Assembly (NCBI GenBank): GCA_964019425.1
Contig: OZ025800.1
Location: forward strand, 372,001-436,000
Direction of reading: 5' to 3'
DNA from: Flectonema sp. DT1601
Taxonomy: Eukaryota
Length of the DNA: 64,000 nt
The notes beneath the pieces are model-generated. The model had not been told where the DNA came from. It saw nothing but the letters and a program-made list of their open reading frames with translations, and searched no databases. Within the stretch, counting starts at the first letter, position 1, and the number at the start of each line of letters is the position of its first letter. The position numbers were made by a program, and so were the translations under genes. This document shows, piece by piece, positions 24,014-36,929 of this stretch.

Positions 24014-25759
24014 CCCTTACACCACCGGAGCTGATATATCAGTCTGAAAAAAAAATTTTTTTTTGCTAAGTGAAAATTTTGCATTTCTGAGTACAACGAT
24101 TTCACGGGAGAGGTATTATTGCGATGTCTTTTATGTTCCTTACGTGTTGCGCCGCAATAGGTTTTATTAAATGGTAAATTTTCCATTTGCTAAAGCTGGC
24201 CAAAATCAACTTGGGAAATATGTCGGTCCACAGTTCTGATGAGGATGCAACAGTATTTGTTAATCCATCGTCGGTGTGCTCCGATTCGTCACTTGACGAA
24301 GTATCTGACTCCAAATGGGGAGGGGAGGTAACAGGGGTTACCAGGAATAAAAACGCGTTTCCAAGAAACGTTAAAGATTAGGGTTGCACGCAAGTCGGAG
24401 CTGCAGGTTTTTGAGTTTTTCTTCGGATAGTCAGTTTTCCAGCTGATGAAGAAAAACTCTGAGGTCTATGCCTCACAGAGGGGAAGAAATTTTAAAACCA
24501 GTACGCAGGAGCGAAGGGCCTTTGTTGGCACAACACTACTGACGCGCCTCCCAATAAAATCTAACCTGGGGGATTCCTGGGGTTTGAATGACATGCTGTT
24601 GACCCCCCTGTTGTTCTTTCCGCAAGTGTTTTCACGTAATCGCTTTGCCGAAATACTGAGGAACTTACACTTCTCTGCGATATTACCTGCTCCCGAGCAT
24701 GAGGATCCGAAGTGGAGACGTGTATTTTGAATTCCTTTATCCTGATGCGACGTGGGCATGGTGGAATTTGGACGGATAGTAGTGAATCTGGCTGGAGAAG
24801 CAAGAGATTCTTATCCTTCAAATTGGCTTTGTTTTGGGCAGCTTATAGGTAAATTTAAACGTACCAGAGCGGCACCAACACTATTAATAACACCATCAGT
24901 ACCGCCTTCTCCACAATCAGTATCAATCCCTGATCGCCTCAAGCCAGCTTTGGGACACTACCCCGGAAAGATGGAAAAGGCTCGTCAGTGTGCAGTTCGC
25001 GCAAAGCGCGCACAATCACTAGATTACTGTGAGCGATGCAACCAAGCGCTTTGTGCTTACCCATATTTCAAAAGGTATCACATTCTCCAAAACTACAAAA
25101 TTCCTTGTGATGTTCCTAAACCGCCAACTTCCCAAAAATCCAGTATGCCAGGCTGGTGGGGTAAAAAGGTGGAAGTTTATAGATCCAGCCCAACACGGTC
25201 TGATCTAAGTAGCTGCACTGTTACTAATGAAGTTCCATGATCTGGGATCGATGTTATTTGTATTTTTCGAGCTTATCAACCCCGATGCGGTAATCCTCCT
25301 GTGTGTCTGAACCTGCTGTGCCATGATGCGGGTTGTTTGTGTATTTTCCGCGACCACAGAGGGCTTTTACAAGCTCAAAAAACAGGGAAAAAATCTGATT
25401 TTTCGATTTAATATCGGCCGTGATTTGGCATTCTCTTTACTTGGGCTCCCTCTGACATGATGTTGCGCAGAAACATCATCCCTTTCAAAATACGGGAAGG
25501 GAATAACATGCAGCTGCTATGAATGGAAACCGTTGAGCACGTTATTGAGACACTGCCGACTTTGTTAGTTCTGCTGAATGTGCAACAACGCACCAAGGTA
25601 CGCACCGTTAGGTGTGTGGGTGACAGGTGCTATTGACCCGTAGGAGTAGTTGTGTCCGGTTTGGTACATAAGTTTTCTGGGGGGGTACCTTTTCTCTTTT
25701 TGAAAAAACAGTAAAATTTTGGACCCGTTGTTTTGGGGGTTCTTACGGTGGTGTAAGGG
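24014..25759 (+). mobile_element. Non-autonomous, internally deleted piggyBac-family DNA transposon (1746 bp)
   Basis: Perfect 14-bp TIRs CCCTTACACCACCG (24014-24027 and 25746-25759); TTAA TSDs (24010-24013 and 25760-25763); single TTAA at the matching site in sister units; transposase remnants inside. Confidence 0.96.
24220..25240 (+). pseudogene. Fragmented piggyBac transposase
   Basis: Acidic N-terminus; DSWG...FPQVFSRNRFAEILRNLHF motif (24446-24730); C-terminal Cys-rich RQCAV...YCERCNQALCAYPYFKRYH (24752-25240); DDD catalytic core not seen; stops and frameshifts. Confidence 0.88.
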
Positions 25760-26288
25760 TTAAGTTACTTTTGCATCACTCGTTTTTCATACAGCTCCCA
25801 CTCAATCATCAATCAAATGCATCAATGTTTGCAGTACAAACAATGCAGCCATTTTACCTTGTACACTCACCACACATTTGTATGTCTTTGAGAAATAAAT
25901 AAAACATAAAAAGAAGACACTGCCAACACAACTCTTCATACGTCGTCAACACATCGTGTATTGATTTCACAATATGGGCAACTTTGAAAGACCGAGTGAA
26001 GGGAAAACCAACTTCCAAAGGCAATCACTTCACTCAAGGAAATATTAAAAAATGGAGAGGAAGAATTAAAATAGAAAACAGCAAATAGATTACTGAATCA
26101 AATTGCTATCAAATTATCTGCTGGATGTGAACCATCGAGGCCGACTAGTCAGCCTTCAGAAGGATCACTCAATTGTATAAAAAGAGGAAAATAATTTAAA
26201 CGGCTTCGACAAGATATCTGTATCGCATACTTGGCACTTCCAAGTAGTGAAATCCCATCGCACTAAGTCACTGAGTAGTGGAATCTAA

Positions 26289-27020
26289 TCACGCTATGAC
26301 ATCAAAATTTATCCAACGAGGAGCAGGAAGGCAGTGACGAGGGCACATTCTCGCATCAGGTCCCTGTGGTCTGGGGTTGCTTGTCTTTGGGCAAAAGTGT
26401 ACTCTCACACACTTACCGTCATCAGAGGTGCAAACATTTGGCTCCTCGCAGTGGTGCGGTCCGCGGTGTTTGCAAACATCTTCTTCTTGAGCTCCGAAGA
26501 TGGCGATGTACTTCGCGTCATTCTCAAGTTCTGGAAGCAACACGTGCTCCCCAGCCTCAACACGAATTCGGAACGCAACCATCGGCTGAACGAACTTCTC
26601 AAACATGTCCGGAACAATAAATCCTGGAGCACAAGAACCTCCCTGGTGACCCTGAGCAGTCAGAGCTGATGCCAATCCTCCGTTGACAGGACCTGAGCAT
26701 CCCGGGCAGTGGTACACATTCACAAAGAAGTCACATCCGATGTGATCAGAGTTTTCATTGCATCTCAATTTGAGTACACTCCCCCTCGGAGTGACTTCAT
26801 GAACTGGGAAGTAGTATTGGTTTAACATCACTGATGGAATGTTAATCAGTTCTTCATTATCATTTCCAAAAGGAATTCTCAAATCATTACTATCTTTCAT
26901 AACACGTTGTACTCTAACTGTTGAATAATGTCTTCTTAGGATGTGAACTTCTGGACCGCTGATGGCTGCACCGTTGACAGTGGCTGCCAACATAAATAGA
27001 ATTGCTGCGAATGCCTTCAT
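26289..27020 (-). CDS. Secreted Cys-rich protein, copy 3
   Basis: Protein identical to copy 1. Confidence 0.88.
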   Translation of the reverse strand: MKAFAAILFMLAATVNGAAISGPEVHILRRHYSTVRVQRVMKDSNDLRIPFGNDNEELINIPSVMLNQYYFPVHEVTPRGSVLKLRCNENSDHIGCDFFVNVYHCPGCSGPVNGGLASALTAQGHQGGSCAPGFIVPDMFEKFVQPMVAFRIRVEAGEHVLLPELENDAKYIAIFGAQEEDVCKHRGPHHCEEPNVCTSDDGKCVRVHFCPKTSNPRPQGPDARMCPRHCLPAPRWINFDVIA

Positions 27021-27651
27021 AATTAATTAAGTTTGAGGTTGAGAAATTAACCTGTATTGGGGAGATAGGATGACACAACACGACACATGCACTGCAATCA
27101 ATGTATTTCTTTTTTTTTATTATTAAGTTACTTTTGCATCACTCGTTTTTCATACAGCTCCCACTCAATCATCAATCAAATGCATCAACGTCTGCAGTAC
27201 AAACAATGCAGCCATTTTACCTTGTACACTCACAACACATTTGTATGTCTTTGAGAAATAAATAAAACATAAAAAGAAGACACTGCCAACACAACTCTTC
27301 ATACGTCGTCAACACATCGTGTATTGATTTCACAATATGGGCAACTTTGAAAGACCGAGTGAAGGGAAAACCAACTTCCAAAGGCAATCACTTCACTCAA
27401 GGAAATATTAAAAAATGGAGAGGAAGAATTAAAATAGAAAACAGCAAATAGATTACTGAATCAAATTGCTATCAAATTATCTGCTGGATGTGAACCATCG
27501 AGGCCGACTAGTCAGCCTTCAGAAGGATCACTCAATTGTATAAAAAGAGGAAAATAATTTAAACGGCTTCGACAAGATATCTGTATCGCATACTTGGCAC
27601 TTCCAAGTAGTGAAATCCCATCGCACTAAGTCACTGAGTAGTGGAATCTAA

Positions 27652-28383
27652 TCACGCTATGACATCAAAATTTATCCAACGAGGAGCAGGAAGGCAGTGA
27701 CGAGGGCACATTCTCGCATCAGGTCCCTGTGGTCTGGGGTTGCTTGTCTTTGGGCAAAAGTGTACTCTCACACACTTACCGTCATCAGAGGTGCAAACAT
27801 TTGGCTCCTCGCAGTGGTGCGGTCCGCGGTGTTTGCAAACATCTTCTTCTTGAGCTCCGAAGATGGCGATGTACTTCGCGTCATTCTCAAGTTCTGGAAG
27901 TAACACGTGCTCCCCAGCCTCAACACGAATTCGGAACGCAACCATCGGCTGAACGAACTTCTCAAACATGTCCGGAACAATAAATCCTGGAGCACAAGAA
28001 CCTCCCTGGTGACCCTGAGCAGTCAGAGCTGATGCCAATCCTCCGTTGACAGGACCTGAGCATCCCGGGCAGTGGTACACATTCACAAAGAAGTCACATC
28101 CGATGTGATCAGAGTTTTCATTGCATCTCAATTTGAGTACACTCCCCCTCGGAGTGACTTCATGAACTGGGAAGTAGTATTGGTTTAACATCACTGATGG
28201 AATGTTAATCAGTTCTTCATTATCATTTCCAAAAGGAATTCTCAAATCATTACTATCTTTCATAACACGTTGTACTCTAACTGTTGAATAATGTCTTCTT
28301 AGGATGTGAACTTCTGGACCGCTGATGGCTGCACCGTTGACAGTGGCTGCCAACATAAATAGAATTGCTGCGAATGCTTTCAT
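27652..28383 (-). CDS. Secreted Cys-rich protein, copy 4
   Basis: Protein identical to copy 1. Confidence 0.88.
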   Translation of the reverse strand: MKAFAAILFMLAATVNGAAISGPEVHILRRHYSTVRVQRVMKDSNDLRIPFGNDNEELINIPSVMLNQYYFPVHEVTPRGSVLKLRCNENSDHIGCDFFVNVYHCPGCSGPVNGGLASALTAQGHQGGSCAPGFIVPDMFEKFVQPMVAFRIRVEAGEHVLLPELENDAKYIAIFGAQEEDVCKHRGPHHCEEPNVCTSDDGKCVRVHFCPKTSNPRPQGPDARMCPRHCLPAPRWINFDVIA

Positions 28384-29017
28384 AATTAATTAAGTTTGAG
28401 GTTGAGAAATTAACCTGTATTGGGGAGATAGGATGACACAACACGACACATGCACTGCAATCAATGTATTTCTTTTTTTTTTTTTATTAAGTTACTTTCG
28501 CATCACTCGTTTTTCATACAGCTCCCGCTCGATCATCAATCAAATGCATCAACGTTTGCAGTACAAACACAATGCAGCCATTTTACCTTGTACACTCACC
28601 ACACATTTGTATGTCTTTGAGAAATAAATAAAACATAAAAAGAAGACACTGCTAACACAACTCTTCATACGTCGTCAACACATCGTGTATTGATTTCACA
28701 ATATGGGCAACTTTGAAAGACCGAGTGAAGTGAAAACCAACTTCCAAAGGCAATCACTTCACTCAAGGAAATATTAAAAAATGGAGAGGAAGAATTAAAA
28801 TAGAAAACAGCAAATAGATTACTGAATCAAATTGCTATCAAATTATCTGCTGGATGTGAACCATCGAGGCCGACTAGTCAGCCTTCAGAAGGATCACTCA
28901 ATTGTATAAAAAGAGGAAAATAATTTAAACGGCTTCGACAAGATATCTGTATCGCATACTTGGCACTTCCAAGTAGTGAAATCCCATCGCACTAAGTCAC
29001 TGAGTAGTGGAATCTAA

Positions 29018-29749
29018 TCACGCTATGACATCAAAATTTATCCAACGAGGAGCAGGAAGGCAGTGACGAGGGCACATTCTCGCATCAGGTCCCTGTGGTC
29101 TGGGGTTGCTTGTCTTTGGGCAAAAGTGTACTCTCACACACTTACCGTCATCAGAGGTGCAAACATTTGGCTCCTCGCAGTGGTGCGGTCCGCGGTGTTT
29201 GCAAACATCTTCTTCTTGAGCTCCGAAGATGGCGATGTACTTCGCGTCATTCTCAAGTTCTGGAAGCAACACGTGCTCCCCAGCCTCAACACGAATTCGG
29301 AACGCAACCATCGGCTGAACGAACTTCTCAAACACGTCCGGAACAATAAATCCTGGAGCACAAGAACCTCCCTGGTGACCCTGAGCAGTCAGAGCTGATG
29401 CCAATCCTCCGTTGACAGGACCTGAGCATCCCGGGCAGTGGTACACATTCACAAAGAAGTCACATCCGATGTGATCAGAGTTTTCATTGCATCTCAATTT
29501 GAGTACACTCCCCCTCGGAGTGACTTCATGAACTGGGAAGTAGTATTGGTTTAACATCACTGATGGAATGTTAATCAGTTCTTCATTATCATTTCCAAAA
29601 GGAATTCTCAAATCATTACTATCTTTCATAACACGTTGTACTCTAACTGTTGAATAATGTCTTCTTAGGATGTGAACTTCTGGACCGCTGATGGCTGCAC
29701 CGTTGACAGTGGCTGCCAACATAAATAGAATTGCTGCGAATGCCTTCAT
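29018..29749 (-). CDS. Secreted Cys-rich protein, copy 5 (M>V variant)
   Basis: Near-identical to copy 1. Confidence 0.88.
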   Translation of the reverse strand: MKAFAAILFMLAATVNGAAISGPEVHILRRHYSTVRVQRVMKDSNDLRIPFGNDNEELINIPSVMLNQYYFPVHEVTPRGSVLKLRCNENSDHIGCDFFVNVYHCPGCSGPVNGGLASALTAQGHQGGSCAPGFIVPDVFEKFVQPMVAFRIRVEAGEHVLLPELENDAKYIAIFGAQEEDVCKHRGPHHCEEPNVCTSDDGKCVRVHFCPKTSNPRPQGPDARMCPRHCLPAPRWINFDVIA

Positions 29750-32584
29750 AATTAATTAAGTTGAGGTTGAGAAATTAACCTGTATTGGGGAGATAGGATG
29801 ACACAACATGACACATGCACTGCAATCAATGTATTTCTTTTTTTTTTTATTAAGCTACTTTTGCATCACTCGTTTTCATACAGCTCCCACCCGATCATCA
29901 ATCAACCCTGTGTGTGTTGTAAATGAAGAATCAATACTTAAAGAACGAATATATTTACGCAAAAAAAAAAAACAAAAAAAAAAAAAAAAATCTTTCACAT
30001 TATACTGTTAGCGAACAAGGACAAGTATTTGCGTAAGTTGGACTTCTTGTTTTTATGGGTCCCTCAACAGTAAGGGGACAGTACCTAAATTGGTATTCGT
30101 TTTTTTTTTTTTTTTTTTTTTTTTTTCCAAAGAAAAAAAACATAATCCTGAACCTTACTGATTTTTTTTTTTTTTCCCTTCTCATTGGGACACTACAATT
30201 AATTTTTCACAATCACTCACAGAAAGCAACCACAAACAAAAACAAAACAAAACTCAATGCCGGGCGTTTCATGACAGCAGCGCTCGTCAGTAGCAGTATG
30301 TACTTAAAGACTAATAAAGCAAAAATAATACAAAAGCATCTACCATTGCTAGAAACAATAAATCTTGGTGTGAATAGATTATTGACAGCGAAAATAGTAG
30401 GAAATAAAACAGTCCTTAGTGTTGGTATAAAATAAGCATAAAAAGAACCAGTAATGACCACATCATGCTGAGGGCAGTCACGGTTGTGGTCGTTTCATTA
30501 CACCCGGCCTTGTGCTAGTGCATTAGAACCATCGAGGACAAACCTCTTTACGGAGTCGTTCCGGATGAAGGCATGTGGTCTTGAATATTAAATTTGTTTT
30601 CTTTTTTTCCCTCACACACCCCCCCCCCCCCCCCCCCCCCCTCAAGAAGACAGCTCACCTCAATACAGTTAGTTTTGTAAAGTTAGAAAAACAGGGATAA
30701 AAATTTAAATAAATGAAAAAAAAAAAAAATCGGCACCTCAAAAAATAATTCTCACACTTTGTTTTTGGTTGTGCATAACCGGAAACAAGCCTACAAAGTA
30801 AAGGTGTTAACGCTGACACAATTCTCTTTCGCTCATAAAACATGTCTTCGAAGAAAAGAAAAAAAAGGATGAAAAAAGAATGTAATAGCAACTAATAGTT
30901 CGTAGAGGACATTCGCCATTTCACTTCGTCAAATAAATGATCAGGATACGCCGACCTAAACTAGTTAGCTCTCTTTCAATGAAGCAGACTGTGTTACCAC
31001 GCACAACACACACCCATCGTAAGGTCGGTAACTTAAAAAGATCATTTTAAATAAATTTCCGTTTAACAAGCAAGTTGCAAGATCCAGTAGTTTTTTTTCT
31101 ACTTTGACGGGCGGTGTGAAATCAGTGTCCTGGTGATATCTAGGTTCGGCTCATTAAAAGAAAGAAAAAAAAAAGAGGAAAAAAAAAACCAGAAAAGAGA
31201 GAGAATTAACCAAATTTCTGAGAAGTAAACACCAGTTTTTAAAAAAAAAAAAAAAAAGTAAATTGGAGGGGGAAAAGACGAATACACGTATGCAACTGAC
31301 CTAAACGGAAAATGGAAGACAACGAAGAGAAAACGTACATGACTTGCACTTACACAAAAATAAGTATACATAAAGGTTGATTTGCGTTCCGGAGACCACA
31401 ACCACCAATTACTTAATAGGCTTCACCCAACTCAGATCACAGGAAACCCCAACTCACATGATTATTGATTATTATTCTGCCTCAGGAGAAACCAGGAGCA
31501 GAAAAAAGAAATCAGCTAATCAAGTTATGCGGGTTGAAGGAATCACTCACATGTCAGATTTTCACAACCAAAAAAAAAAAAGAAAAACAAAAAAAAAAAA
31601 AAAAAATTATATATTCCGTCCTCCGGAGTATGCCAGGAAAACAACAATAAAAGAAAATGATCGGCTGTAGTATGAAATATCTGTGAAAAGAAAAATAAGA
31701 CAAAATAAAATTATCTCATGGACAGGTCACAACTGAGCTCAAATATGTTGCACCACCCACCAGGTATTCGGAATACATAATACAAAGAACGTTAATAAAG
31801 AAAAAAATAAAAGGCCCGTTCGTTTCCTCAGTCGTCAAAAAAATGACGGATGAGCCAGCGCTGATTTAAGAAAGGATTTTTAATTTTCTGTCTTCTCAGG
31901 CTGGTGGACATAATCGGGTCCCATCAGTGACTACGAATACAAAAAGAGTGAAGAGAGCTATTTTTTTATTTATTTTTTTGTATTCGTTGTACGTTGTTCG
32001 TAATTAATCATAAAGCCAATACAGATTCCCTTAATACCCAAAGAAACACCGAGATGTGTGAAAGCTAAAAGGGACAATACAGGGTGCTGCTGATAATTCG
32101 TTTTTTTTTTTTTTTTTTTTTTTTCTATTTTTTTTTTTAAAGGTTTAACGGGGAATTTAAAATGAAAATACTTCTCTTCTTCATATTAGGAATATCAAAA
32201 ATAACACGGTTGTGAACTAATCATACGATTTTTTTTTTTTTTTTTTTTTTTTCCTCTCCCCCCACCGAGCACGCACTGTCAACACGCACAACACGAGCAC
32301 ACATAAAGAATTTATCACTGTAACGTGGGACACAAATTAATGGACCTCCCTAAATATAAATTATAAAAATGTCGCAGCAAATGAAATCTTAGCCGATTAA
32401 TGACTATTTTCACAACACTGCTTGAAAAACTGTAACAATAATTCAAAAGCCGGTCGGTGTTTCCTTCTTATGGTCTCAATCTCGAACTCACATTTTTAAG
32501 TGAGGCGAAATCTTTCACTGATAGGCGCTGTAAACTGTTGCTAATAAATCTGATAAGTGAGATAGAATAACAGAATACACGTGA

Positions 32585-34003
32585 CTATTCATCAGTCATG
32601 ATTTGTTGTAATATATAAGCCGAAGCAAATGAAATAGTAGCAGTAGCAGCAACAGCTCTCCGAGGAAGATCAGATGCTGCTTCAGTGAGTAACTCAAAGA
32701 AGGCAACCCATAACATAGCACCAGCTGCAAAACCAAGACCGACAGGTAGCAGCGGAAGAAAGGTTGCAACAAAGATGAAGGCTGGAACAGCCATAAGAGG
32801 TTGTGGTAAGGATGTTAATATACAAAGCAATGTTGTAGTCAGTTTATCAATACCACGAGGGATTAGAACTAAAGCAACAGCTACACCCTCTGGTATGTTG
32901 TGAATAGTTAGACAAACAGCAACACAAAATCCAACTCTGGCTCCTCTCTCACCACCAAACGAGACACCAATACCAACACCTTCAGTGAATGAGTGAAGAG
33001 TCATCACCATCATTATTAATAATACCCGACGGGCATCAAGACCAGTCAAGTCACCAAGCTTTATGTCATCATATTTGTCTAAAAACTGTTTCGTTGCGAA
33101 TATAAAAACAAATCCTAACAACATCCCTGCTATACACCGAGACAGTGCACTTTGCATAAAAGTACCTCCTTCTAAATCACCTGCATTAACAGCCTCGATG
33201 AATAATTGAACAGAAGCAGAACTCATCATACCGGCAGCTATACTGTTGGCGTATCCTAAATGCTCAGAACTAATGGTTGCCAGACACAAGAATGGTAAGA
33301 CTCCCATTCCAGTAGCGAGGTCAGTAATCCAAGCATAAAAGAATACATGTTGAACAGACGGTACCTTAGGAGACATGCTAGACGGAATACTAAGAAAAGT
33401 AACAGCAATTACAACAAGTCCCCAAACGTATGCAGATTTCGGTATTCTGAATGGTTTCTTTATATCCTCAGGTTCAGTTATGATTTGATCTGATGGCGGT
33501 GGAGTGTTAGTTCGAGTACCAGCATGTTGACGATGTCTTATTGAAGAATCTGATTGAGCAGATGTGGTACTCTTTTCACTATTTGACTTTTCAGTAGTGA
33601 TCAGGGAAACTTCTGATGGAGTACTCTGAGTTGGTTTTTTATCACTTATGTTTTGATCACCCACATGGTATTTTAAAAACAGAGTTACAGCAAGCGCCTG
33701 CATTACTACCAACACCACTACGTTGGGTTTAAAAAGTAACGTTGTTGGAGTTGGGCTGCTCTCACTTTTCGGAACGTGTTCTCGAACCTCTTCTATGTAA
33801 TGCGTGGGAGGCAGTGTTAATCTTTCTTTCTCTCGTATCTCAGTTGGGATGTTATGTTCGAGTTTCTCCTCTTCTCCTTCAAATAAAAATTTGTCATTTT
33901 TATGATCTTTCCATTCCCGTTCGTCATTGCCTCGGATACCAAGTGGTAACCCGGCAATGACACAAAGAACACCGATACCTACTCCAACAAACAGCATCTT
34001 CAT
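32585..34003 (-). CDS. ZIP-family (GufA/ZIP11-like) zinc/metal transporter with N-terminal extension
   Basis: TM4/TM5 motifs TLHSFTEGVGIG and IHNIPEG; GFAAGAML; multiple TM helices. Confidence 0.93.
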   Translation of the reverse strand: MKMLFVGVGIGVLCVIAGLPLGIRGNDEREWKDHKNDKFLFEGEEEKLEHNIPTEIREKERLTLPPTHYIEEVREHVPKSESSPTPTTLLFKPNVVVLVVMQALAVTLFLKYHVGDQNISDKKPTQSTPSEVSLITTEKSNSEKSTTSAQSDSSIRHRQHAGTRTNTPPPSDQIITEPEDIKKPFRIPKSAYVWGLVVIAVTFLSIPSSMSPKVPSVQHVFFYAWITDLATGMGVLPFLCLATISSEHLGYANSIAAGMMSSASVQLFIEAVNAGDLEGGTFMQSALSRCIAGMLLGFVFIFATKQFLDKYDDIKLGDLTGLDARRVLLIMMVMTLHSFTEGVGIGVSFGGERGARVGFCVAVCLTIHNIPEGVAVALVLIPRGIDKLTTTLLCILTSLPQPLMAVPAFIFVATFLPLLPVGLGFAAGAMLWVAFFELLTEAASDLPRRAVAATATISFASAYILQQIMTDE

Positions 34004-34257
34004 GGTTTACAGGTTTTGGGGAATGATTTCTGATTAGAAATAAAAGAAGTAAATGTTAATTATCAAATAGGAATACCTGTGTATGGTTTAGCTGTTGTGA
34101 ATGTATGTTTAAAAATTGAGTTGACTTTTAATCAGTTCATTAATAATCATCTGCGAGGCGGAGTCCTTGTAATCTTTACGAATTTGCTGACTAAAATAAA
34201 AAAAATGATTCCACTGTAAAATGGTAATCAAATAAGAAATATGTCATTGCAAAAAAG

Positions 34258-34288
<31 letters not shown>

Positions 34289-35340
34289 TTCAGACTGATT
34301 CAGGACAAAGATGAGGGTGAAAAAAAAAAAAAAAAATGAAATAATAAAACCGCAGGCAATTAAGATCCAAGTGTGTAACCTAACGAGGACTAAAGAGAGG
34401 AATCTGTAATTAGATTCATCAGGAGATCTGTTAAGAAAAGATTAGAAGGGGAACATTGATACTGGTTTACCAAGCTCAAAAGGGAGAAAGAAAAATTACA
34501 ATCTTGTAAAAGATACAACGTAGAAGGGACTGCTGGGATCAGGAGGGTTTTATTTTTATTTTATTTTATTTTATTTTTTGTTTCGTTCGCAACTGTTCAC
34601 AGCAGTCCTGAAGAGAAAATTTGAACCCTGGAGTAAGAAAAGAAATCGGCAAAACGAGCAAGGCGCAACAAGAACACCTGATGTTCACAAACATCGATAC
34701 GCGATCTTCAGAACCTAAAGACAGCTAAGATGAGTATCAGAAAAGATACAAAAGAAGGAAACAACAACAAAAAAAAAAATACCCGTGCTGTTAAATACGT
34801 CGTAAAACAGGGTACGTTAACTATGCTACGAGTAACACAAGGCTGACATGTTTAGGAGAATGTGCGACACCACTGGAAAGGACTTCATTCCAGTTTTTTG
34901 ATAAATCGGATTTATAGATGTCAAAAGAACTGGTAACACGCTGAGATTAGAGCATCTCAATTACAGATGATGGATTCTCAGCTGTCCAGATTTGAGCAAA
35001 CAGGTTGAAGAAGAAAAAAAAAAAAAAAAAAAAAAAAAAAATGATAATTATGGTGTTTAAATGTTTTGAACATGTTCAAGAAAAAACAAATATCTGTATC
35101 ATATCAGAGTTAACTAAAATAAACGTTTGCTATGATACACTTCAAGGTAATGTTAGGTAAACACTCCGTAAATGTAGTTTAAAAAAACTCTACATTATAA
35201 TTAATGTTTCTAACTTATCTGGTTTTCCGAAAGCTTTAAAAATAACATGGCATGCCGTAGGTTTTCCCGACAAGAAAAAAATAAAAAGGCACAGAACTCG
35301 CATCGCGCGTTGCGGTTTATTTAAATGTTTCGCGTGAAAA

Positions 35341-36118
35341 AATAGATCACGAGTCATGCAGTGTAGTATGGTATAGTGTATGGTATTTCCAAAAAAAAGA
35401 AAAAAAAACTACTAACAGCTGGATAGCAAATGCAACAATATGCGAAAACGTTTTTTTTTTTTTTTTCTTCTTTGCATCTTTATGCTGTCAACATTGGTTG
35501 TTACGAACGCGGTAAATAATAAAAAACTTTAAAAGTATGGTTACTACTTATTTATTATTTATTTACGAAGCCTAGGAAGCCAAAAGCCAGGAAAAGCTCA
35601 CAGAGTAACAGTTATATCGCTACCAGCAACCGTGAGACTCTCACAGACGATAAGAGACGTAGAATAACCTGGAACAAATGACTACCTAAACCCACCGCCC
35701 GCGCGAGCAGACAGTGTTAGAGACGGCTGATAACGCCAATTTTCGTCAAAGAGAGGGAGAACACGCCACATTAGATCAGAAAATAAGAAATTAAGTAATG
35801 ATAAGAAAGAGAAATGATACTAATAAAAATAAAATAAGACAATTACACTAGAAGAAAGAGACGTTATATAACTGTGTTTTGTCTGTCAAGAAAAAACGCT
35901 GCAAGAGATTTATAAAAAAAAAAGCAATCCGCAAGAATGAGCTTCAGAAACGAACACAAAGACTCCTTTTCTTCATACCATCAGGCAGATCTATAAAAGA
36001 AAAATCTTTGATTAAACAAGTACGGGAGGTAAATACAAGAAATATCGAAATATTTTTTTTCTTTTTTTTTTTTGTGTGGAGTCGAAATCCCCTGGGGAAG
36101 CTCACGGGGGTAAGACTG
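35341..36118. repeat. ~780-bp segment also present at ~40003-40786 and ~41858-42640
   Basis: Near-identical sequence from aatagatcacgagtcatgcag to ggggtaagact. Confidence 0.93.
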
Positions 36119-36140
36119 TTTGATTAGGTTCATACAAATA

Positions 36141-36648
36141 TAGTTTAGTTTAGTTTAGTTTAGTTAGCAAAATACAAACTGATGACTACGAGGGGTCTGG
36201 GTAGCCCGCATCAGTAAGGACCCAATCGCGAAGATTGTAGTTTCATAGTATTGGCTGGAAGTGATCGACTTCCAGCCTCCACCTTGCCCAGAGGCTAACA
36301 GGTTGTAAACAAGAAAAGAAAATAAAAGAGAAATGATCTGGGAGTGGGGGGAAGGTGAAAAAAATAAAAAATCTTCTTTCTTTCATATACATCTTTCTTT
36401 ATAATACGACCACATGTGCCATATGCCCACACTCCACGAAAGAAAATAGAAACCCCCGGAACAGTACCGAGGATCGTTCACCCCCAGTTGTCCAAAGCAT
36501 TATAAGTGTACTGTGGGCTTACCGAAAAGCTTTAGAAATGTACCACAAAAGATTTGGGCAGCACATAGCCATATCACTCAGCAAGAAATGAAAACCAAAA
36601 GGATCAGGTAAGATGACAGTCAGTTTAAGGTCATAACTGCGCCGGACC
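36141..36648 (-). repeat. Retroposon-like repeat family R1 (~485 bp) with (CTAAA)n 3' tail on the minus strand
   Basis: Further copies at 36945-37431, ~38949-39215, 39941-40001 (truncated), ~40806-41070, 41797-41857 (truncated) and ~42660-42912. All share the left end next to (TTAGT)n or poly-T; the right end varies. Confidence 0.8.
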
Positions 36649-36929
36649 TATATAAATCTCTGTATTGTATCAGAGCTCAATAATAAAATTAAAAAACTCA
36701 TGATACAGTGACTAAAATGTTAATACAGCCTGGGGAACGGGGTACGAGTAATTTAAAAAATAAATTCCCTTTTTTTTTTTTTTTTTTTTTCCACATGTTA
36801 GGCCAAAATTCGAAATTTAGAAAGAAAGGGGTGAAACTTTGATAATGTAAAAACAGTAACAACTTTAGGTATTAAAAACAAAATTAATTAGAAAGAAGGG
36901 GAAAAAAATAATAACAACCAGCAGTAAAA

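Larger units (their letters stand above)
21336..29905. repeat. Tandem gene array of five ~1364-bp units (243-aa gene plus spacer), with one piggyBac insertion
   Basis: Near-identical units; CDS low-coordinate ends at 21812, 23176, 26289, 27652 and 29018. Confidence 0.97.

Noticed and set aside
36141..36166. (TTAGT)n as a telomeric repeat or CRISPR-like array
   Set aside because: Not TTAGGG, very short, no spacers; behaves as a repeat tail
36164..36290. CTGATGA (plus strand), and GAAACTAC/CTGATGC/GTAGTC or an HDV-like GACCCCTCGTAGTC (minus strand), in R1 as a ribozyme or C/D snoRNA
   Set aside because: Stems I and II do not pair and A9 is missing; no HDV P1.1/P4/P2 follows; no terminal box D
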